A stretch of 64,000 nt of DNA from Heteronotia binoei (lineage: Eukaryota). Positions 37,396 through 49,900 of this stretch are shown here, piece by piece. Each line of letters opens with the position of its first letter. Within the stretch, counting starts at the first letter, position 1. Position numbers and translations under genes: made by a program. The DNA lies in the NCBI RefSeq assembly GCF_032191835.1, contig NW_026800101.1, positions 1 through 64,000 of the forward strand, given 5' to 3'. Below the pieces are notes generated by a model. It made no database searches. It was not told the DNA's origin and saw nothing but the letters and a program-made list of their open reading frames with translations.

Positions 37396-37545
37396 TGTTC
37401 ACAGACTCCTATGCATTCCTTGGACAGCAAAGACACCATAGACAGTCTGAGCATGGAACATCTCAAAGACACAAAACAAGATCAGAAAACATGGAGAAAG
37501 CTGGCCCATAGAATCGCCAAGAGTCGGAAACAACTGAATGGTAAA
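37395..37545 (+). mobile_element. RTE/BovB-like 3' end
   Basis: catggagaaagctggcccatagaatcgccaagagtcggaaacaactgaatgg. Confidence 0.65.
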
Positions 37546-37727
37546 CGTTTTATTGAAATATTGACAGAAAAGAGAAAGGAAGGTGCTACTCCCTCCAGGG
37601 GAAGTGTTCTCTGTTGTCTGGACATCAGCTGTAATTCCAGCAGAACTCCACACCCCACCCTAAGGATGGTTGCCCTAACAAGGGGTCAGGATGTTCTCTT
37701 CTTCTGTAATCTACTACAACTTGTTGC

Positions 37728-37899
37728 CAGTGTTCCCTCTAAGCTGAGTTAGCGTGAGCTAGCTCACAGATTTTTAGCCTCCAGCTCATACATCTTTGTC
37801 TTAGCTCAGGAAGGATGACCCCAGAGCACACTAATTTATACAGTAGCTCACAAAGTAGAATTTTTGCTTACAAGAACCTGCAGCTTAGAGAGAACATTG
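37728..37899. mobile_element. CAGTGTTCCCTCTAAG hAT MITE
   Basis: TIRs; near-identical to 29979-30194. Confidence 0.88.
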
Positions 37900-39679
37900 A
37901 GAATTATTGCTGATCTGATATACTTATGGAGTTTATCACCTTTTAGGTCTGGTGAGAGGGGAGCATTTCTCCTTCCCAGGGAGGGACTGAGCTCCCCCTC
38001 CCAATGCAAATTTCCATTTAGGATAGCTTTTTCTTAGCCAGCCATACTTCTGCTGGGGTTGAAACACAGACACAAACTATAGCACTCTCTTGGTGGTCTC
38101 CCCCCCCCCCCACCATCACCATCATAGTCAGCCCTCCAATGAGCCAGACAGGTACCCTCCTCTTCCTGTTGCTAAGCAACACCTCACAGACTCTTCACAA
38201 AAGCACTCCTTTCCCAAAGGCAACATTGTTAGATCTGTCATTTCTTAAATAATTATGGTTATTTATTATTTCATATAATCAAATAATTAACTAGATGATA
38301 CAGATCATTCCAGTATACACCCTGGTTTTCTTTTGTTATTGTTAAAGTAATGGAAAGAGAGGGTGGAAGTGGATTTTCAGTCTTCTCTGGGTAGCCTTGG
38401 AAGAACAGTCCATGATCAGGGATGTGTGTATTCTATAAAATCACTGAAAAGCAGAGGGAGACTATATTATATTGGGTGCAAACAATTCCATACTTTGTAA
38501 AAAGTGAAAGTTCTGATTCTTCAGATAACATATCCCTACAAGCACAGACATCTCTGAAAGTCTAAATGCAATGATCGTTAAATTCTTGGAAACCAGAGGA
38601 ATTGTGTAGTGGGATTTAAATGGAGGAAGTTCCTTCTTTTCAGGACTTTTTTTGTGATAAGCTAATAGGCAATACTAAACAGAGTTTCATCCTTCTAAAC
38701 CCATTGATTTCAGAGGACTTAGAACAGTGTAACTGTTTAGATTTATTCTGTAAATATAGAAAATAGAAAATAATAAAATTGCTTGCTTTCATAATATGTA
38801 CATGCATTCCATAAAATCTCAATTTTTATTGTTACCTTGGGCAGGATATTGTGTTTTAAGTGAAACTAGACCCCACTCTCTTGCCTATAATTTATTGCTG
38901 TTCAGGAGAGAGTTTGGTATGGTGTTATCTGCAGCAAATGGATATGTTTTTGGAGGACAGCATTAGGTAATGTATTTGACAAATTGCCTACTCATGACTT
39001 ACTACCTTTGGTATGTTCTTTCTGCAGTTTTAGTTCTTCTGATGAGGTCATTGGGCCCTGGAGGGATTTTCTGAGCAGGTTTTACAAAGAATGCTTTCCA
39101 AGTACTTTAAGAACATGCCAGAAGACTGAATTGCAACTTCTTTTCTGCTTAAGGAATACTCTTGAGGGTGAATTATCATGATTTGTAATCTCGTGATTAT
39201 AGAAAACAAGTGTGCTAAATAGTACAGAAATTACAAAGACTGTGGGTAATTCCAATTAAAAACAAAAACAACCAGTTGTGTAATTGCTTTTTATTTGTGC
39301 CAACCAAAACAGCACACAACAGCAAGCTTGCAAGCGCTCCAGAATTCTTTATCAAGCTGAAGGTTCAGTCAAAACAAAAGAATGGGGTAAAGGACAGAAG
39401 AGAATAAAATCTTTATTGATGTTCTATGGCTAGCTAAGTTACTAAAAGATAGTTTTAGGGTTTCATGGAATGTTTCTTCAGGCTCAGCGCTTTTTAAAAA
39501 AGCCTGACAAACCCAAAGATTTGCCAAGCAGCAAAGGAGCATGAGGAACGTCTATCTGTAACAGGGGACACTGACTGTTAAGAGAATTCTGAAAGCTGTT
39601 TGTAGACTGTTTTTGTTTATTACACTGTTTTGCCATTAGATCCTAACTTTGCATCATTTTACATTCTTGACACTACCCA

Positions 39680-39805
39680 CCAGCTATACGAAGTTCACTT
39701 GTATCCCATTCCCTCGCTTGAAGAAATATGCATGCATACAAAAGCTTACATTCTGAATAAAACTTCGTTGGTCTTAAAGGTGCTACTTGACTCCTACTTT
39801 GTAGA
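39680..39805 (+). mobile_element. Penelope-like end with degenerate hammerhead core
   Basis: ttgaagaaatatgcatgcatacaaaagcttacattctgaataaaacttcgttggtcttaaaggtgctac; an opposite-strand relic lies at about 39290-39365. Confidence 0.55.
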
Positions 39806-39975
39806 CTGATTATGTTAGGCTTTAACTAGACACAACTAATTTAAAGAGTGTAGCCTTCCCCTCCCCCCACCCCGCCAAGCCCGTCCTGAATCTGCCCAGG
39901 ATGAATCCTATCCACGTTTCCTCGGGTACAGCCCACACACCTTTCAGAAGCGGCATTTACTGCCGAGTAAACACA

Positions 39976-40780
39976 TAGGGTTGCCAAGTCTGACTCAAGA
40001 TATATCTGGGTACTTTGGAGGTGGAGCCAGGAGACTTTGGGGGTGGAACCAGGAGCAAGATTGTGACAAGCATCCAAAGGGAGCTCTGGCCATCACATTT
40101 AAAGGGACCACACTCCTTTCCTCCATTTGAAATAATGAAAGATAGGGGCACCTTCTTTGGGGTCTCATAGAATTGGACCCCTCAAGCCAATCTTTTTAAA
40201 ACTTGGGGGGGAGGGGGGTTGAGGAGAGGCACCAGATGCTATGCTGAAAATCTGGCACCTTTACCTCAAAAAACAGACCCCCCCCCCCGAACCCCAGATA
40301 CCCACGAATCAATTTCCATTATAGCCTATGGGAATCGGTCTCCATAGGGAATAATGGAGTGCCCAGCAGACATTTCCCTCCCCCTCCCGCTTTCTGATGA
40401 CCCTGAAGCAGGGGGACGGCCTCTAAACCGGGGGATCCCCTGCCCCCACCTGGAGATTGTCAAGATAGAGAGCTCACAGGTATGAGCTCACTTTAAACTT
40501 TTGGTGAGCTGCCTGAAGAAGGCACTCCGAAAAGAGGACAGATGCGCAGTCCATTTGCAGCCACACCGTGGAAAGCAGTCATATCTATTTTGGAAATTCT
40601 TGGACTTCGTGTAGTTCTGCAAACAAAAAGAGAACATTGTACATTTTTTTGTAAAAAATAATTTCTGGAATACTATTGAATATTGTTTAGTAAAAAATTG
40701 TTTTGGTATTATATGTTTTAGTAAAAACCCTCAAAGAGTGTTCTATATTTTTTTTGCCCACCTGGAGATTGGCAACCCTA
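39976..40780. mobile_element. TAGGGTTGCC-family MITE (long variant) interrupted at 40460-40756
   Basis: TIRs and TSD taaacaca/taaacacg. Confidence 0.85.
40460..40756 (+). mobile_element. Retroelement fragment (probably Penelope-like) with hammerhead-like core
   Basis: 15-bp TSD cccacctggagattg (40445-40459 and 40757-40771); CTGAAGA-a-gg-cact-cc-GAAA at 40513-40532. Confidence 0.6.
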
Positions 40781-40809
40781 TAAACACGCATTAGGATGGT
40801 GCAGTGATC

Positions 40810-41200
40810 AGCGGGGGGGGGGGGGGGGGAGGATCATTCCGCATCAGATAGCCTTGCCCCCACGAAAACTAATCAGTTAAGTCCACGAATGCAAAAAAAG
40901 TTTGCTCCGTTCCTCCAGGAGGAGCCTGCATTCCTCTGCACAAAAATCAGCGTAGGGCAAAATCGCAAGACGGAAACAGCGTCCGCTACAGAAACCACGA
41001 CTCTCCTCTCTGGTTTCCGGGTTTCTTATGGTGCCCGCAGAAACGGTTGTCAAGGGCAACGCGCGACGCCATTTTTTTCTTCTCCGGCGGCCGCTGCGAG
41101 AGTTTCCAAGTCGACTAGGCTGCAAGGGGTTTTGATGCGTCCATGTTGCATGTAGAGGGGGCAGGCCTCGGAAAGCCGGGGAGGGAGGACTGTGGAGACT
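40810..41200. promoter_or_regulatory. CpG-rich promoter with X-box-like, YY1 and ETS-like motifs
   Basis: Highest non-repeat CpG density in the window; GTTGTCAAGGGCAAC 41046-41060, CGCCATTTT 41067-41075, GTTTCCGG near 41013. Confidence 0.75.
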
Positions 41201-42099
41201 AGAAGAAGGGGAGGGGGGCTTCTAATGGACGCCTTAGCTGCAGTTTCTTAAAAAAAAAAAGGAAAGTCCCATCTAGGGGGTGGGGATCGGTGGGGAAGCC
41301 CCAGTCAGAGAAAGCACCTCCAAATGTGGGGCGGGGAAGAGGCATGCAGAGATTCATAAATACTGGGGAGGAGCGTTTAGAGTAACGGGGTTTACTGAGG
41401 TGATCCCTGGGAGAGAATTGTAGTAGCAGCTGGGTTGTCCTGCCGACTGAAACTTCTGAGAATGTGTGCGGCGGGGGGAGAAGTCGTGGGATTTAAATTT
41501 GATAGTCCTTAAAGAAAAGAGGGCGGATGTAGTGTTCTGATCTTGGGACTAAGTTAAAGTGTCTGTGCAGTTTCAAAGAGAAATGATTGGCAATGTGGCT
41601 GTATGCAGGCACTGGTGTCAGAAGTGGATCTGAAAGCATCCAGGAATGTAGCAAGCTCTTAATTGTGGCAGATGCTGCTTGCTGGGAACAGAGAAGAGGC
41701 AGATGAGCTAGCCTTGGCTAGAGATGATATTAGAAAGAGTCAACCAATAACTTTGGTTCATGGTGCACCGAGACGCTGATGCATAAGTTTCCATGCAGCA
41801 GCTTGATCTGATTAGAGAAGTTTGGCTATTTGTGCAAGCCTTGGATGATGTGGTTTTATTCCCCTCTTGCTTGTCAGAGCTAGGTGTGCAAAGAACATAC
41901 ATCTTTGCACTAATCCTTGTTGGCCAAAAGAAGTTTGCTTTTTTAAAAATGCTTTTCCCCTAGTTGTCTAAAGTAAGCAAAAAAAAAAAGAGAGCTATTC
42001 TGCCTTAGCAGCTGCATGGGGACAGGATTGGCAATAGCAACTGAAGCTGGGGCCTGTTGAAAGAGCTGTTTGACAAGACAGCTGAGTGGCGACACAAAG

Positions 42100-42384
42100 A
42101 TGCCAGCGAACCCAAAGACAGACCCTCGTTACTTTGTCCTGATCAAGCCTTTGCCCATCCCTACCCAGAAAGGTCTGAAAGTCCAGGCACGAAGCAGCAC
42201 CGTCTACAATTGCTGGGACAACACAAGAGAGCATGTTTTCCGGGAGAACTATCGCAGGAGGGTCAAGCAGGTCACTCAGCAAGGCTACTTTACCCCTAGC
42301 TGGAGACCTTATCAAGATTTTGGAGAGCCTCTTTACCTTGAACCTAAAAGACTCACTCTCCATGGCCTGGGACAACTGCCCCCG
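42100..42384 (+). CDS. Candidate first coding exon of an unidentified protein (MPANPKTDPRYFVLIKPLPIP...HGLGQLPP, 95 aa)
   Basis: ATG with A at -3, open frame of natural composition, ends CCG|GTAGGT (phase 0), about 1 kb downstream of the CpG promoter; no family recognised. Confidence 0.55.
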
Positions 42385-44364
42385 GTAGGTGTGCTGCTCT
42401 TCCAATATTTTTCCATTTGGAGGTGTTTTCTGTTATAGTTATTGGGCCTCCTTGTGGCAAGGATGTTTTGTTGGAAAGTCTCTGACCGTGATTATTAAAA
42501 GAACAAAGGAAACAGGCCCTCTGTTGCTAAGATGGTGGTGATCGCACCTTTGTAGTATACTAGCATCCTCTGCTGGTAGCCACTTCCTCCTGTGAAGATG
42601 CTTTAGGAAGGGGGGAATTTCATACAAATGTTCCCTTGCACCCTGATTCCACTTACTTTTCCAGACTTCAACCTTACTGAGACCTCAAGGCTTCAGGGCA
42701 GAACCTGATGGCTTGAGGCTGTGACCTAGTCTGGTGAGTTGTCTGTGCGTGCTTGGGCCTCAAAGTTCTCTTTAGGTGTAGAGGAAGTAATAGCCTTAGC
42801 TACTGTGAGTAACAGGCAGTATGAAGCCTCTGGATTGGTCAACCCTGGAATAAATAGTAGGAGCATGGCCTTCTCTCGTCAATGGAACAGGACCTTCTGC
42901 TTCTAGCCTTGTGAATCTCTTGGGTGGCCCTTCAGCGAGGAAGGATGAACTTTGATATGGTTACCACTGGTGCCAGCTGGCCATGATCAGCAGAGTTGGA
43001 ATGCTTTTCAGAACACAGCATTTCCAGTCTTTGAGTGTTTTCTTGGGCAATAACTTTCTGTTATACCTCCCTCCTTGCTATTCTGAGGCTGCCCCAAAAT
43101 GGTCCAACTGAGCAATCTGCGCATTTGTTTAAGAAGTATGAAATGTCCCAGTTTAGTTTTGGTATCATGCCTCCTTCTCTGCAGAGATGTGCACATGTAA
43201 AGCAGGCAGTTCTGATTCATTGCAAGTCAACAAATGCTGCTTCTCAAACAGCATTTTGGTTACCTGATTGTTTCCAAGCGCTGTGTTAAAAAGGTCTGAT
43301 CTGATTCCTTAGCAGACCTCTGTGTGTGTGTTTGGAGAGTTAATTGCCATGGCAAATTCATCTGCCAAACCCACAGGGGTGGCTTGTTGACTTAAAGAAA
43401 AGAGACCTTTTTATTTTGAACACTCAAAACAATTCTGTCCTTTCCAATGTGTACTTTCACCATTGCTCCTGCCCTGCTTTGTATTTATAATAGGATTCTC
43501 TTGGGTAATTATGTGCTGTACATAAAGCAGATGTGCAGTGAGATGGATAACTGCATCCACCCACAAAGAAACTGTAGAAGAAAACGAAGCCATTGCTGTT
43601 GTCAACATTAGCATTATGTGACTCCTGTAGTTAAAGAGCTACAGGGGCTGCTGTTAAAAATTGCATAGATATGTCCCTGAAGACTCCTTGCTGGCAGCTA
43701 ATGTATGTGGAAGGGCCAGCAACAGGAGCTTCACTTCTTAGAAGCCCGTAAGACACTATTATTGATGTATGTCACCCAGAGCCCGGCACTAGCTGGGGTG
43801 GAGCGATTAATTAAATCAAATAAATAGTAAAAATGATAATAATAAAAAGACATTTTAACTCATTTCTCCCTAGTGCAATAGCAACAGAAGTGCCTCAATT
43901 GTGTTTTCTCATAATGCACTTTAGGTGCTTGCACATCCCTTTACTTCCTTTTTACTTGCATAGGGAAGTGAGCAGCTAAGGTGCATATAATGCTGAGAGC
44001 TTTGCCCAAAGCTTTTGCTGCAGGTCCTTGGCCTCACTCTGAGCTCACACTGGAGAAAGATGGCAAGCTATTTAAGGGGTAGTGATCTAGGGGTCAAGTG
44101 CTTTGACAGGGGCCCTGATAAGAAGACCTTGTGGACAAGGAAATTAAAGTAGGTAGAAACTGGGTTTTAAAACTTTTGTTGGTTTCATGCACCTTTCTTG
44201 GTTACTGTTCTAGAGGGGGAGCTACCATGCATAGGAAAAAGGTTAGCCACCCAGAATTCTTCCCGAAAGACTGACACCGCTTTCACACGTTAGCTAATGC
44301 GCTTTAACTCTTGTTTGCAGCCACTTGCAAATGGTTGCTAAAGTGCATTTGAATGGAAAGCAGC

Positions 44365-44580
44365 TGAGTCACAGGGAGGAGTTGTGGCTTTTATCAGTGA
44401 TAAAATGCCTGTTTTGCATGCAGTTCCCAACAGTTAAAAGCAGGCTGTGAGTGAAGTGCAAGATCTCTGTGTGATAATCTGGAGAGCCGCTGCCAGTCAG
44501 AGTGGACACTACTGACCTTGATAGACAGTGACCTGATTTGGTATAAGGGCACTTCATGTGGCTTAGAAGCTCACTTGTAT
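44365..44580 (-). mobile_element. Squam2-like SINE (diverged)
   Basis: ctggagagccgctgccagtcagagtggacactactgacc...tataagggcacttcatgtg body (body reads on + strand; orientation uncertain because of rearrangement). Confidence 0.55.
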
Positions 44581-45322
44581 TCTCCAAATGTCAGTTTTCA
44601 GCTTGGTGAGGGTTTTGCTTATATCTTTGTTATAAACCCACTGGCTGGCTTGGGCGTGTCTCCCTCAGGCTCAGTTTCCTGGTCTGTTGAGAGGAAATAA
44701 CTGTGTTTCTCTCATATGTTTCTTATGTGGATTAATGCAACCCCCCCACACCTGTTAAGCACTTCTCTGAATATGGAGTTGAAGAACCCTTGTTCTATGG
44801 TAGACAAGTGCTCTGGGGATCCTTGGCTGTTGCCATGGCTCCATGGGAGATGTAACTGAGCATAGCTGCTGCAAATGTATCAGTTGGTTTTATATCAGTT
44901 TCACACTGCCTTATAAATGGACAAGTTCCTACTCTCCAGCATTGGATTCAGAATTCCTTCTGAGCAACCAGGCGGGGGGGGGGGGAAGTTTCTGTGATTT
45001 CAAGGAGGTGTTTCTTTTTAACTTTCAGACCACCAATATATTCACAAATGTAATTTCAAGAGGATGCTTTTTTCTTTCAGGCCACTAATGTATCTCACAT
45101 AAGCATGTGGAAGGTGGGAGACAGACTGATTAAAAGCTACCCCCCCTTTTTTTTGCAAGGCTAAGGATGACAGCTTTCTACAGAGAATTCTGGGGATGGT
45201 AGTTTGTTATGAGTGTTTAGACTAGTTCACTCTTGGCTAAATATAATCATCTGTACAGAACTGCAGTTCCTAGAGTTCCTTTGAAGAAGAAAGTGGCTGT
45301 TACACCAGCTTTAAATTAAGTA

Positions 45323-45507
45323 CAGGGCTTTTTTTGTAGCAGGAACTCCTTTGCTTATTAGGCCATACACCCCTGATGTTGCCAACCCTCCAAGAATTTA
45401 CGGGGTTCTTAGCACACCACCTACTGTAAGCTCCAGGAGGACTGGCTACATCAGAGGGGTTTGGCCTAATATGCAAGGGAGTTCCTGCTACAAAAAAAAA
45501 AGCTTTG
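45323..45507. mobile_element. CAGGGC-family MITE
   Basis: cagggcttttttgtagcaggaactcc...ggagttcctgctacaaaaaaaaagc. Confidence 0.8.
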
Positions 45508-46099
45508 AGTACAGGTTATGATCAAAGGCCTTGTATTCAGCAGCACTAAATCCTAAATCAGAAGCACAGGAGGTTTTTTTTGGGGGGGAAGGGCTTATTT
45601 TCATTCACAGAGTCATTAGTCTCATGTTTCAGTGGCTTCTTATTATGATGTCTTCCATGCTTTGTGATATGAGGCTAGAAATGTGATGCTTGGAGCTGGT
45701 GACCAGCCAACTGCCAGATCAGTGCTCTTTCAGTCACTCATTGCAGTTGAGCTCTGCACAACTGGCATAACTTTCCCCTTGACACTTTTGATCATTTGCC
45801 GTGTTTGATTAAAAGCCCACAGTTGTCTGTGGGTGAAGTTTAGAAGTGGACAGGGAAAATGAACTAATTTTTATACTATCACCAGAGCTATTTTTGTGGA
45901 TGGCCTTGTCCTCCACTATTATCATGCAGCAAGCTACGGCAGTTAGCAATGACAGTTAATGATAAAAATGAGGAATCAGGGATTCCTTATCCAAGTTCAC
46001 AAAATCCATGCCTGGGTTTGCTTTTTTCTTCTTTGACCGTTTTTAAACTATTGCTCAGTATTTTCTACCATCTGACCTCTGATTAACTTTTCGTCTCAG

Positions 46100-47100
46100 T
46101 TCCAGCATTGTCATCTAAAGGCATGCAGGCCCTTTAGATCCTTCTGGATCTATCAATGGCCTTTGATACAGTTGACCATTTGTTGCTGATCAACCAACTT
46201 GCCTTTTTGGGGGAAAGGGGCACTGCACTTGGTTCTCCTTGTTCCTCCAGAGACTCTCTCGGAGAGTTCTGAATTGTGGGGCCTCTTAGGGTTTGATCCT
46301 CTTTCCAATGTTATTTAACACACACACGCCCTCTTGCTGAGACTGTCATGAGGTTTGGAGCTGCTGATGACACTCAGTTCTTCCTCCTTCTGGATAAGCT
46401 GCTGAAGGCAGGACTCTTGGCACTATCCCAGTGCCTTGATGCAATAGTCCAGTAGTTAAGGGGGGAGCTGCCTGAAGTTGAATCTCTCCAAGACAGAGGT
46501 CACATGGCTGGGAAAGACTGAGAGGCTAGCTGGAAGCTCTCTCCCAAGATTCCATGCCAGCTGCACACTCTGTAAAGATCCTCGTGGTGTGGTTGGATTC
46601 TGCCTCATCTTTGGATAACAAAACAGGAGAGACCATGAGAGACAAAAATAATCACAGTGCATTGTAATTAAAGCTAATAGCAAAAGTAAATACAAACTTT
46701 AAATAACATCACACATAAATATACAGTAGAAACAATATAGCCAAACCATTTATAGTCCAATAGTCAAAAATCTTCCAAGGCATCCACTCCATCAGAGAAG
46801 TCTTCATAGATAAAGTCCTAGGTACAGTCTTCTAACAGTATTTCTTTAGGTACCCCAGGACTTCAACAGACTAGGAGACATGCATCCAGAAAAGCCAGAA
46901 CTAAGACCATAAACCCAACCATCGTTTCAATTCAGATTATTTGTGGTCCTTGCTCTAGTATGGTGATAGCCATATATTTCAATATTATAATGTTATTTGT
47001 TTTTATATTGTTTTTACTTTATTAGTTTTAATGTTGTAAGTCACCACAAGACCCTTCGGGTGACTGGCAACTAAAAAAAAGGCAATAAATGAATAAATAT
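46100..47100 (+). mobile_element. Decayed L2 LINE fragment with an AT-rich insertion at about 46630-46940
   Basis: cttctggatctatcaatggcctttgatacagttgaccat resembles the LLDLSAAFDTVDH RT motif; L2-type 3' tail near 47040-47100. Confidence 0.6.
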
Positions 47101-47513
47101 TGGGGAGAAATAACTTTTTCCCAAGTAGCCACTTATCAACTCATTAGAACTTTTAAAAAAGAATGTGTATTTTCAGGTGTCCACATATGTTTTTCTGGCC
47201 AGCTCTGCCCTTTGTTCTGTTGCACGGGTACAAGAGATTCTGGGTCTGTAACAGCACATGCAGTGTGACAAGCTGGAGCCATATTGAGTTGCTGACAACC
47301 TTCAGCTGCAGAAAGGATGATATCATCAGATCTCTGGCATGAACTGGGTAGCCCCAACTTTAGTCAGTTTTTCAAATGGAAAACTCAAGGGGAAGGTTTT
47401 TACAGCTTTCTCTTCTCCACCAGCAGATGGAATTCAGTCTCAGAATGGGTTCAGTTACATTCTGTTGGTATGTTTAAGTTATTTCAAAGGTTCCCATTCT
47501 TGCTTTATCCTAG

Positions 47514-47559
47514 GCCAGACCATTTTGTCGCAACTGAGAAGTTAGAATGCCAGTTACAG
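47514..47559 (+). CDS. Possible small internal exon (PDHFVATEKLECQLQ)
   Basis: cattcttgctttatcctag acceptor, CAG|GTGACA donor; phase 0 at the 3' end is compatible with 63575. Confidence 0.2.
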
Positions 47560-48639
47560 GTGACACAAATTTTGTACTTGGAAATAGGTTTCTCAGTACA
47601 GAAAGTCATGTCTGACGCACAGAAACTTACCATTCTAAATTTCTTGCCTGTCCTTTATCTTCCCTGCCTAATTTACTTTAGGTGTTGGATTGTTTGCTGT
47701 TGCTTTTTGTCTCTTTATGTGGTTTCATAACCACCATCAGGTCTACTGTTCCGGTACTGAGTTTTCTGTCTTTTTTAAATGTGCAAATGAACACCTCAGA
47801 GTATAGATTTGTACATTCTATGGCTTTCTGGCAGTCCTTCTGCCTTGTCCTCAGTTCCTGTGATATTACTCAGTTGGTTTTCCCAGTATTGGCTTGTCAG
47901 TTCAGGGTCTGGGCCTATCCCGATTGTCCCTGCATAGCTCATGGAAGTGTTCAGGGCTGAGAACAACTTGCTCAAGGCTATGCAATAATCCTGTAGCAGA
48001 GTTGGGACTTACATCTCATTCTACCTGTGGGAGGGTGGCTTTTGCCCTAAGTTCCTGCTCCCTCTATTTTTGGCCTCCCCTGAAAGTATCTGCCTCTTCT
48101 TGTTTATTTATCTATCCCATCTGCATTTGTTATTTCCCCCAGGATGCTCAGGCAGGCGTATTTCCCAGCGGCCCTTGTTTAGGCTGGCAGCTAGTGACTT
48201 GCTGCCCATAATTTGCAGCTGAGTGGAGATTGGAACCAGTCCGTGCCCAGCACTCTGTCCACTGAACAAAACTGGCATAACGCTGCCCATTCCATTGCCT
48301 CCTTTCCCCTTTTTGTTCTTGCTGTGTCCTTAGTTTCCTTAGCAACTCAACAGGGAGGCAGCAATGCAGCATCTTCTTTGGGGGCTCCCTTCAGGCAACC
48401 GACCCTCTTCGCCAGCTCGAGGAGCCGCAGCCTGTCACTTTGAAGCCCATAGGGAACAAGTGGGAGCTGCCCAGTCATGGATGCCTGACATTGCAGTGCC
48501 ACTTTTGAGCATGGCTGCATTAGAATGGCCAGTTGCCCCCACTGTGAATTTTAAGAAACTTGTAATTTTTTCCACTTCCCTGCGGGGGTTTGCTAAAGAT
48601 GATACTGTCAGTGAAAACAATGTTTTAATGGCTGTGTGA

Positions 48640-48900
48640 CATGAAAGCCCTGAGACTAATGGAACACAGCCTAGAAATCGAAGCTGAGTGAATGTTTAAG
48701 GCTTCTAGACTGCAATTATGATATAGTCTCTGCCTGCAGCTGTCATTACAATCACCAAATGTCAGCAGCGATTAGTTCTCTTTCGGAAGGTCAAATAACA
48801 ATGGCGAGGACGTCGGAACAACGATAGTGAGCTCTACTGGCAGGCAAAGCATGGGCAGCCCTTTGTTTCTCCCCTAATGCTTTAAACTTGAACTTAGTAA
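48640..48900. promoter_or_regulatory. Candidate conserved non-coding element
   Basis: Unique, CpG-retaining; CAGCTG, CTGTCA, ACAATGG and AAGGTCA motifs clustered. Confidence 0.4.
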
Positions 48901-49449
48901 AAATATTGTTCTTTGAGTGTGTTGGTAGACCCTTTCCAGGTTCAAGAAGCAAGAAGTTACTTCCGGCAGAGTTCTTTGAGATTGTTCTCTACTGGAGCTC
49001 CACTTTCAGGACTGGCTCCAAATTCTTTCCCCCTGGGTCAAGATTTGTCAACAGGCTATGCTAATGAGCATGAAATGGAGATGGATGAAGCTTACAAACC
49101 AAAGGAGAGCTTTAAATTGCTCCCTGCCACCCCCAGCTCTTCAGTGTTCTCCTCGTACTTCACCACCACATGCATCAGGTCCTGGTCCCAGAACAGCATA
49201 GTGACTGATCCCACTGCTTCAGCTCACTACTGCTTGAATGGAGATCTCTCCATCTGGCAAACTGGCCAAAGCTACAGGTGTCCCAACTCAAGAAGCTGAC
49301 CTCTCTGAAGTAAGACTGGCAAAACCTGAGACAAAGTTTTCAGTCCGTGGCACTGAAACTAAGGAATATCTGTCACCTGAAATCCTTGTATCCCTTTCCA
49401 TTTTGACGTTCTGGTGGAGAGTTAAGACCTTTGGATGGCCTTCTAGCTG

Positions 49450-49900
49450 CACATGAAGCTGTTTTATACTGAATCATATATATTATACTGATGGACTCTT
49501 GGTCCAGGAAGGTCAGTATTGTCTAAAACAGGCAGCAGCTTTCCAGAGCCTTAAGCAGAGGTCTTTCATATCACATATCCTTTTAAGTGGAGATGTCAAG
49601 TATTGAACCTGGGAGCCAGCGTGGGGTAGTGGTTAAAAGCAATAGACTGTTATCTGGAGAAATGAGTTTGATTCCCCACTCCTCCGCTTGAAACCAGCTG
49701 GGTAACCTTGGGCCAGTTACAGTTCTCTCAGAACTCTCTCAGTCCCACCTACCTCACAGGGTGTCTATTGTGGGGAGAGGAAGAGAAGGCAATTGTAAGC
49801 TGCTCTGAGACTCCTTCGGGTAGTGAAGGGCAAGGTATAAATCCAACTATTCTTTTTCTGCATGCAAAGTAAAGACTCTTCCATTAAGCCACAGGCCCTC
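49450..49900. mobile_element. Squam2-like SINE (-) interrupted by a Squam3-like SINE (+, about 49613-49855)
   Basis: tattgaacctggga|gccagcgtggggtagtgg...tctttttc|tgcatgcaaag. Confidence 0.75.

Noticed and set aside
40813-40830. Poly-G/poly-C runs as G-quadruplex elements (also at 8679, 33624)
   Set aside because: Simple homopolymers, common throughout the window and prone to sequencing length error; no specific evidence of function.
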